Source of the DNA: the human T2T-CHM13v2.0 reference genome, Homo sapiens
DNA: 64,000 bases
Assembly (NCBI RefSeq): GCF_009914755.1
Contig: NC_060925.1
Reading direction: 5' to 3' (one strand)
The notes under the pieces are model-generated. The model ran no database searches. It was not told where the DNA came from and saw nothing but the letters and a program-made list of their open reading frames with translations. The position numbers and the translations under genes were made by a program. This document shows, one piece after another, positions 54,863-64,000 of the stretch (positions within the stretch are counted from its first letter, which is position 1; each line of letters begins with the position of its first letter).

Positions 54863-55256
54863 TATATTAGTTTCCCAGGATTTCTATAATGAAGTAGCAC
54901 ACATTGTGTGTCTTAAACAACAGAAATGTATTGTCTCATGGTTCTGGAGGCTGAAAATCTGAGCTCAAGGTGTCAGCAGGGTCATATTCCCTTGAAGGTG
55001 CTAGGGAGGGATTTGTTCCAGTACACTCTCCTAGCAGTTTAACACTAATCTTCACATGATGTTCTCTTTGTGTGCATGCCAATCTCCACCGGCACCAGCC
55101 ACATTGGATTAGGGGCCCACCTTATTCCAGCATGACCTCATCTTAACTAATTACATATGCAATGACTCTACTTTCAAAATAAAGTCACATTCTCAGGAAC
55201 TGGAGGTTAAGACTTCAACATATGAATTTTAGGTGAACACAGTTCAGCCCCTAACA
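54863..55256 (-). mobile_element. MLT1B/C (MaLR) solo LTR
   Basis: tatattagtttcc...cttaaacaacagaaatg...ttggattaggggcccacc...atgacctcatcttaactaattacat...cagcccctaaca; 5-bp TSD tcctc/ccctc. Confidence 0.9.
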
Positions 55257-55293
55257 CCCTCTTGACTGCACTATGAATACAGTTAGAAGTTTA

Positions 55294-55612
<319 letters not shown>

Positions 55613-55984
55613 CCAAGAAATTGAAATTGATTATAAAAATATTCAAAGGGCATTCATTTGTTAGGTACTTTTCTGGATGTCAAGAGATACAGGTTCTGGA
55701 CTCAGCTTAGTTATTAAAAACTGTGTGAACACAAACAAGAATTTCATTTGGATTAACAAGGGGGCTGGGATATAAGGTCTTTAAGGTACTTTTTAGCTCA
55801 AAAGTTCTATAATGTTCTTAGCTATCCATCTGAAATACACTTCTTATATGTGTTTTTCTTAGTGTTCCTTGCCTGTTGCTGCACATTTAGATTAGACTTT
55901 CAGAATTCTACAGCAATTGAGTCCAGCAATATTTCTTTAAAGAGTTTAAGAGCTTGGCCCTCCTGCTTCAAAGAGGCCAATGTT

Positions 55985-56122
55985 CTGAATTCATGAGGTC
56001 CAGGGACCACGTCTGTTTCACCTACATGACATTTCAGTAGCTACATCTTGCCTGGAACTCAATACTCAATAATAGTAAACGCTCAATAAATTTGTGTTGG
56101 ATAAATATTGAATGAATGAATG
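55985..56122 (+). mobile_element. L2 3' end
   Basis: cagggaccacgtctg...gctcaataaatttgtgttgg...gaatgaatgaatg. Confidence 0.75.
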
Positions 56123-56767
56123 TACTTATTTCAGTATTATTTTCATAAGTTTTTCAAATGTGTTCATTCTATATATACTTAAATATTTTTTCCTCAGTAT
56201 TTACATTTTGCTATAACTATCAATCCCAATGTAACTTAGAATTCAAAAATTTCATGTTCAATGTCCATAGATCAATGGTTGTCTATAAAGTCCTTTCAAG
56301 CTACCTAGGGGATTATATGGAATATTTTGAGCATTGTGAAGAAATCAAGATATAGTAAACACAGCACTGCATGAAAAATGGTATGAAGCTACAAATGTCC
56401 AGTGAAATCTGGTGGAGAAAATTAGCACCTCTCTATGGACTTTTCTTAATAAATCTTACAGTTTCTATTTCTATGTAGATATGTAGATGGTTCTATGTAT
56501 TGGGACACTCATGAAATAAAAAGCATAGTAAAAAGCTGAGATTATAGAAAACATCAATTTCTGTGTTACCTCAATGTTTGGATACAATGGATCGTGTACA
56601 GTACTCAAGGAAGGGTGCATAAAAATAGTGCAGAATACTTTATGAATTATAAACATTTTCTTGTTATTATTATTTAAAGCCCCAAAGAAAATTGGTCTCT
56701 AATACTATTTTCAGGGATTTGACATTATTTCTTTATTTTCAGTGCTTGAAATTTAAACTTGTCCTAG

Positions 56768-57132
56768 TGTATTAGTCCATTTTCACATTGCTATAAAGAC
56801 ATACCTGAGACTGGGTAGTTTATAAAGGTAAGAGGTTTAATTGACTCATAGTTCCGCTTGGCTAGGGAAGCCTCAGGAAACTTACAATCATGGCACAAAG
56901 CAAAGGGGAAGCAAAGACCTTCTTCACATGGTGCAGGAAAGAGAAGAGGGAGAAGTGAAGAGGGAAGAGGCCTTTATAAAATCATCAGATCTCATGAGAA
57001 CTCACTATCATGAGAACAGTATGGGGGGAACCGTCCCCATGATCCAATCACCTCCCACCAGCTCTCTCCCTAGACACATGGGCATTACAATTCAAGATGA
57101 GATTTGAGTGGGGACACAGCCAAACCATATCA
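56768..57132 (-). mobile_element. THE1 (THE1D-like) solo LTR
   Basis: tgtattagtccattttcac...ggggacacagccaaaccatatca; TSD cctag/ccttg. Confidence 0.93.
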
Positions 57133-58039
57133 CCTTGTGAAATGTAAGAAGAAGTATTATTTCCAAAGCTGCTGTGTCATCTCTGGCTAAGCCAAGAGCC
57201 TTTGTACTAACCTACGAATTCTACCAATAACAGGACTGCTAGGTGTGATAGCAAGCAACATTAATTAGGTAACCTAATTCTTGAAAAAGTTTAATAATTT
57301 GAAAGAGAATTTTAAGTTAGAGAGAATAGGATCCCAGGAGTATTTCATTCCTCCTATTTCCACCTAACCCTGTAACCCCTTGCTAGTCAAGGGGTTACAT
57401 TTATGAGACTGTTCAGTTCTCTGAGGCTGTAGCTGAAAATCAGGAAAGCCTTTCTGCCAAAGAAGAAAAGTTTCCATTTGACAGAAATACTGTTCAGAGT
57501 GATTGATTTAAAAGTGCTGAACTCATATTCAGAGTCTAAAATCCAGGAACTGCCAGCTGGGTTGGGATTCAAAATTACAAGGCTGGAGTGAGTTTCTGAG
57601 TTGGGACGCATTAAGCAGTGGGGGCAATTGCTTTTCTCACCTGTCTCACAAGGGAGGGAGAAAGGGAAACATTAAAAAATTAAGAAAAGAGATCTTTGGA
57701 CTGTTGAGTTACTGCATCTTGCTCTGCTAGAGGCAGAACCACCGTCTGCATTTAGCAGGGAAACTTTGGTGAGGAATTTTGATAACCATGAATTGTTTGA
57801 AAGGGTAGTTGGAGAAGACAAAGTAAATAATAGAGGAGGAAAACCGTATAGACCACTCACTTGACTAAGGCTGGACATACTAAATATGTAGGTGTCTGAG
57901 AGCATAATGGACCTATTTAAAACAAGCAAAGCATTTCCGGGGTGTAACTAAAAGGAGTTGGTCTGCTGGAAAAAATAGCTTTTGAATATTCTGCAAGAAA
58001 CAGTAAGCACGAACAATGGTGCTAGGAGATTAGGACATG

Positions 58040-58560
58040 TAATGTTAACTTACTCTTTTAATTTGTGTACTGTGGTTTTTAACAGATGGATTTATCAGTG
58101 GTTTGTTTCTTCTTCTTTTTTTTCCTAACGCATGCCGAGCTGTTTCCTTGCATGCCATCTTAAATAAAAATATTTTTAAAGGGGACACAATGTTAAGGGA
58201 GACGTATAAATAAGGCAAGTGCTAATTACAGTGTCTAAAAAGAATGTCTTTATCCTGTAAATCGCAGCACAACTGCTTACACAGAGAATGAGAGAGCTCC
58301 ATTCTGGAGCTGCACTTTCTATCAAGTCATGGCGTATAAATCTGGGCAATAAATGATCAGGAGGTACTGTACTGTGTAACTTGTACAATGTTCATAAAAG
58401 AAATTAATGAACAAATAAATATTCTCTGATGGATGAGCTGGCAAAAATATATCTTGCAAAAATGTCTTCCTCTTTAGTTGGAGAGAATGGCACGGAAGTG
58501 ACATCGCTTTGAACAGCGCGCCTCGCTTCACAGAGATTAATGCTTGAAAAGTAATCTTAG
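58040..58560. promoter_or_regulatory. Candidate conserved enhancer
   Basis: Repeat-free; CAGATG, TAATTA, CGGAAGTGAC, CTTTGAA and a local CpG cluster. Confidence 0.4.
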
Positions 58561-59099
58561 TGCCTGATCAGAGAGCCTTGACATAGACCATAACCCTGTG
58601 GCTGTCAGTGGGGGATCTGCCTGGGGTGAGGATGCAGGATCAAGCTATTCTCTCACCTTCTGGTCACAAAGCCACCAACCTACATGAAATTCTCAGAGAC
58701 CTAAGTATTGATTTGTATCCACAGAAAGAAGTTTGTGGGTCTTCACTGTGAATAGAAGTAACCCTATAAGCTCAAAAATCTGTAAAGGCAGAAGACTTTT
58801 GTTAAAGAAGTGCTCAAAGAATGACAATGCCGGTTTATGTCCTGTGAGTTTTGATTACACAGTGCAGAAGCAATTCTGATCTGGTTTCATTGAGATAGAT
58901 ATGTAGGGTGCACCATCAGAAACACCACTCGTGGGATGTCCATTTCTTAGGCAGGCATATACAAATGCTCTATGGCCTGTGTCAGCCAGTCTAAATTCTG
59001 TGGTGTGGTCTTTAACATTTCAATTAATATGACTATGCTTCCCATTCATAAATACATCCCACCATTTCAAAACAGAAGTATTTTTACTTTGTTCTTACC

Positions 59100-59410
59100 T
59101 TCCACATAATCTCTGGCTTCAACCATCCTTCTTATTCTCCTGTCCCAAGCATTGCACATATTGCTTCTTCCTTGGCCCTACACGTACCTTCCTCTCCAAG
59201 GATATATTCCCAGCCCATCCTGCAAGGCACACATTAGGCCCCCGTTTCTCAGGGTACTACCCCATGGTGATTTCCCCATTCTTTAAACTTTTGGTTTTAG
59301 AACTTGATAGCACACTGAATAAATTTTCTTGTAATTGTTTCACTTCTCTTCATATTATCTTCCAAAGTAGGCCTAAGCCTTTTGAGGTCAGAGTCAGTAT
59401 TATACAAGGC
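59100..59410 (+). mobile_element. L2 fragment
   Basis: cccatcctgcaaggcac...taagccttttgaggtcagag. Confidence 0.5.
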
Positions 59411-60208
59411 AAGGTTACGTGTCATGTGAATATTTAAAGTAGGCAATTTGATATAGTGCAAGTTAAAATATTAATAGCTCTTCACTTTATGCACAAAATT
59501 TGAAATAATCATTTAAAATTAATTTATAATTTTAAAATGTCATCAAGAACCTCTAATTTCAAAGTTTTATGCTTTAGTCTTACAGTAGTATCTCTTTAGC
59601 TGATAAGCAGAAATCTTTTTTTTGTCAAGATCATGTGAACCACACATCTGTTTACCTGCAACAAAATGTTTGCAAATCATTTTGGTAACTATTTTGAAGT
59701 TATTTTAATTGTAATATAATTATACTTTTAAAATTATAATGTATTAAAAGGGGATTCATGTATCAGCATTAATACTTCAGCTCCAAAGAAATGTGCCCCA
59801 AATAAATAACTTTGAATTGGAAGTTAGATTTGATACGAAGATACTAAGAAAGCCAAATAGTCACCATGATATGCTGTGAATCATTTAAGACAAAGTCCTC
59901 TGTGAAATTCTAGAGACAGCATGGTGAACAAAAAAAGCAACATTAAAATAAACACATTTTAAAATTCTCAAAAACTGTAAAATAATCCAGCCAAAAATGA
60001 TTTAAAATTGGAAAAAAAAATAAACCCACCTGGTGTTGTGGCTATAAGATCAATACCCCCAATCTGCCCAAGGCGATAATGGCCATAGATGTATGAATGA
60101 ATTCTGGCATGCCATCCCCTGCTTTGTATTTATTACATTAATTATGTAAATTTGGAATTCTGGAGAAACACACACACCTTTCTTTTGCTATGTTGTTTTC
60201 TATAGCAT

Positions 60209-60405
60209 AAGGTTGTCACATAGAATATAGGATAAGTTTAAATTAAATTTAGAATTTCAGATAATTTCAGTTAAATTTGAATTTCAGATAAACAACAAAG
60301 AAATTGTTGGTATAAGTTTTCCCCAAATATTGCATGAGACCTACTTGTAATGAAAAATTGTTCACTGTTTATCTGAAATCCAACTTTAACTGGGCATCCT
60401 CTATT
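60209..60405. mobile_element. MER53 palindromic hAT MITE
   Basis: cagttaaatttgaatttcagataaacaac ... tgtttatctgaaatccaactttaactggg inverted arms. Confidence 0.85.
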
Positions 60406-60469
60406 CTAGAACTAGTTGGATGATTTGTAGTAATTAAAACCCAACGAGTATGTACGTGCTCATGTGCTT

Positions 60470-60508
60470 ATGCACGTGCACACGTGTGTGTGTGTGTGTG
60501 TGTGTGTA
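60470..60508. repeat. Alternating purine-pyrimidine / (TG)n tract
   Basis: atgcacgtgcacacgtgtgtg...gta. Confidence 0.9.
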
Positions 60509-60599
60509 AAACCTAGTTTGGAAGATTTTTAATTCTAAGTTATCTGGCATAAGCTTCTACCTAAGACCAGAGTCCAGTTTATAACAGCTCTTTTAGATT

Positions 60600-60905
60600 A
60601 TCTCTGATTTAACACAGTGATGGAATTTACTCCACTAAAAGACAGCTATAATGATTACAATTTTAAAACAAAATTATCTCCCAATCTTCCTGCCCTCTCC
60701 ACAATAGAATATAAGTGTACTCACTATTTCAGAGGATATCTTTATCATATGTAAAGATAGGTGTGATATTTCATCCTCTGTCTAACCCCTGTTCCTGTCT
60801 CCCCACTGTTTTATTTTCTTTAGGCTGAGAAAGTTACTATTTTCTTAAACGATCCCTCATAATAATTTAGTTTCCAGAGCCTTTACTAGTTCTAGTAATA
60901 ATTGA
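60600..60905 (-). mobile_element. L3/CR1 fragment
   Basis: ttttctttaggctga...ttcttaaacgatccctcata...tttccagagccttt resembles reverse L3. Confidence 0.5.
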
Positions 60906-61091
60906 CATTGCATAGCCTTTGAAGTGCACTGTTGCATAAGAATGTCTGCTGTCTGTCTGTCTCTCTCTGTCTCCTCCACCACCACTGAGCTGGGCACATA
61001 GTAAATGCACAATATTTTCTCTAGGCCCTTCGTGATTCTTCAAGCTAAAATTATCCTATCCTTCCTCTGTTGTCCAAATGCTCTCTCTTGT

Positions 61092-61520
61092 TATTCACAT
61101 AGTCAACAAATATTTATTGGGCACCTACTGTCAGCCAGGCGCTGTTCTAGGCTTGGGAGACCAGTAATGACTGGTAAAAAAAAAAAAAAAAATAGACAAG
61201 GCACTGCCTTCATTGAGTTTATGTTCATGTGGCAGAAGAAAAGAAATAACCTAAAATTATATAATTTATCTGGCAGTAATAACTAATCTGAAGACAAATA
61301 AAGCAGGATAAAGGGGATGAGGGCCATGTTGATAAAGCTGCCTTTGAGCAGACACCTGAGGAAGAGAGAATGTGAACCACACAGATATCTAGTAGGCAAA
61401 GAACCACAGAGGCACCAGCCTGAGCAGCACGTTTGGTGAGTTCCACGAATGGCAAAAAAGCCAGCGTGCCAAGAATGGAGAGAGCAGGGGGTGTAGGGAG
61501 GAAGTGATAGGAGAAGAAAG
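61092..61520 (-). mobile_element. L2a 3' region
   Basis: caacaaatatttattgggcacctactg...tttgagcagacacctgagg...aaagccagcgtg. Confidence 0.85.
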
Positions 61521-62958
61521 ATGTAGCCTGAGCTACATTCAGGTTATTTCTGAGCGACTATTGCCTGAAATGCAAAACAATCCATTCCTGTAGGGCCAGG
61601 ACTATGTCCTGGGCAATGTGGGCATATTGTTTGTATGCAAATCTGGTTAGGGCATTTATTCTCCGTGGACTATAGCTTTGATGTGGCAAGTCAGAAGGGC
61701 TGAGGAGTTGCCCTTCTTTCCCTCCTTGCTCCACTGAAATTTCCTCCTAAAGATGAAAACTTGAACTATTAGAGTGGGCTGCTTATATCTAAGGGAGATG
61801 TCGTTTGGCTGAAGCTACATCAGCAGGTGCATCTGCTGGCTGAAACAGCCAAAGGAATTCTTGCTTTAATGACACTGGTAATCTTTTTTTCTTAGCAGCA
61901 CCCAAAATTCTGCGTAACACATAGTAAATTGGAAATAAATGTTTGTTAAAAGGAGTTGTTGAGCCACTCAATCCACATTTTTTTCACCTCCATTCATTAG
62001 GTTGATGCTATTCGGTAACTTCAAAAGTCTCATCAATTCACTAAGGATGGAAGTTTCCTAACTCATCCTCTTTTACATGATGCATTTGTTTACCATCTTT
62101 TTCCCAAATGTGACATTTTCCAAAGATTCTTTTAAAATTTTAATTCAAATTGCATCAACTGGCTATCATGAGTGACCACTAGAAAAATGACAATGGTAAT
62201 TTCTTTAACCCAGTTCCTTTCTTACTTCAGATGATGCCGCTGTTAATAGATAACTCCACACTGTGTTCATTTGTTGTAGTATTTTCTGCTCATTACCAAC
62301 AGGCACATACTGACCACAGAAATAATAACATTTTGTCTCCATCTGGTATTTATGTTATGCATGCTTGTAAAATTCAAAGTCCTAAATGCGTGAAGCAAGA
62401 TGAGTCTCCTTGAGCCATTGGTGATCTTTCCTTCTCTCTCGGGAACCCCCATCTTCTTTCCCGTAAGTTCTAGTGTCCTCACCTTTGAGCTGGCAGGCTT
62501 TTAGAATACCCTAGGACTTTCCTCTGTTGCCCCTCTACCCTTGTCCAAAGAAGCTTCTTTCCATTTCCCTCTTCTATAGGACTTTTTCTTCTGTGTATAT
62601 TGTGGTTGCTCAATAAATAATGGTTGACTGACTAGTTTGTATCTGTTACACTGCCTCACTTTCTTTTTCCTCAAGCACCACTTCCTACAGACACCTACTT
62701 GATAAAATGCCTCTATAAAGCTATCATCATGAATACATTTGCTCATATTTGGCAAATATGCTTAAAGTTACAGACAAAGGGATGAAGTGGGTTAGGGTGA
62801 TGAGAGAGTAACCAGAAAGCCCTCCATTGAGTTAAACCAAAGAAAGTCCCATTTAAACTTAAATACACATTGTGAGCCATAAAATCAGTACTTCCAAAGG
62901 TTCTTGGTCTATCCCATATGACAGATGATCAGCAGGTACATTTTAAGAGGCGCCACGT

Positions 62959-63068
62959 GAACCCGGGAAGCGGAGCTTGCAGTGAGCCGAGATTGCGCCA
63001 CTGCAGTCCGCAGTCCGACCTGGGCGACAGAGCGAGACTCCGTCTCAAAAAAAAAAAAAAAAAAAAAA
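62959..63068 (+). mobile_element. AluYb8-lineage element, 5'-truncated, human-specific family
   Basis: Diagnostic gcagtccgcagtcc duplication, gggaagcgg, gagattgcg; A22 tail; perfect 14-bp TSD aagaggcgccacgt at a TTTT/AA site. Confidence 0.97.
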
Positions 63069-63188
63069 GAGGCGCCACGTCCACAATCCACAAAGATTTC
63101 TCTTTCAGAAACACTAGTTAAAAAGCCAAAAAACAAAAACCCCACCACATTCATCTCCTTGCTAAGCTTAGAAAAACAGGCAAAATGA

Positions 63189-63573
<385 letters not shown>

Positions 63574-64000
63574 TTACAATCTCACTCCTACCCCGAATCA
63601 ACATCAAGATGAACAGTTACCTTCAAGTGCAAATGGAGAGGACCAGGAAGGGATTTGGGGGACTCATAACTGTTGCCCAGTGGCCAGTCATTTCATTTCT
63701 GGAAACATGGTCTTCACATGTATTTATTCTTCTGCCCCACATGGATGTTCCCAAAAACCATTCTGTGTCTCTCCTCCTTTCTGTGTTTTCCCTAAATTCT
63801 ACTATGGCAGTCTGGGCACACATCCAACATCAGTGAACGAAAACCTCTTCATGCAGTCCAGGTTCAGCATTGCATACCAGCAGTTAAATGCTGTCTTCCC
63901 CGTCACACATCCAAACAAGAGCATATACAATATCAATAAGCTGTTCCTTTAATCTTCCCAGCACTATCGAGGTGTTTATATTTGTATGGGACATTTAAGC

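Noticed and set aside
60300-60360. Annotated miR-1302 gene
   Set aside because: Neither arm matches the mature sequence well (atgagacctacttgtaatg versus ttgggacatacttatgct).

Overview
Primate, almost certainly human, AT-rich non-coding genomic DNA: a human-lineage AluYb8-type insertion is present at 62945-63080. I find no protein-coding gene, RNA gene, CpG island or CRISPR-like array. The ORF track is explained by Alu, simple-repeat, L1 and ERVL remnants or by chance. A large part of the window is transposon debris: 11 Alus (J, S, Y, Yb8), ancient L1M/L1ME copies including a 5.4-kb relic with a nested Charlie1 and MLT1, many L2, MIR and L3 fragments, LTR16, MLT1 and THE1 solo LTRs, a 5'-truncated ERVL provirus (RNase H-integrase-dUTPase plus MLT2 LTR), several hAT elements and microsatellites. 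The most interesting observations are a very young 5'-truncated AluYb8 that creates a new E-box and sits inverted next to an AluY; short perfect hairpins and a template-switch scar; several repeat-free, motif- or CpG-enriched blocks that look like enhancers; and a few plus-strand splice-site pairs that could be lncRNA exons. I could not identify the locus, and I cannot support a genuinely new biological system from sequence alone. Repeat family calls are from memory of consensus sequences, and boundaries of old repeats are approximate.
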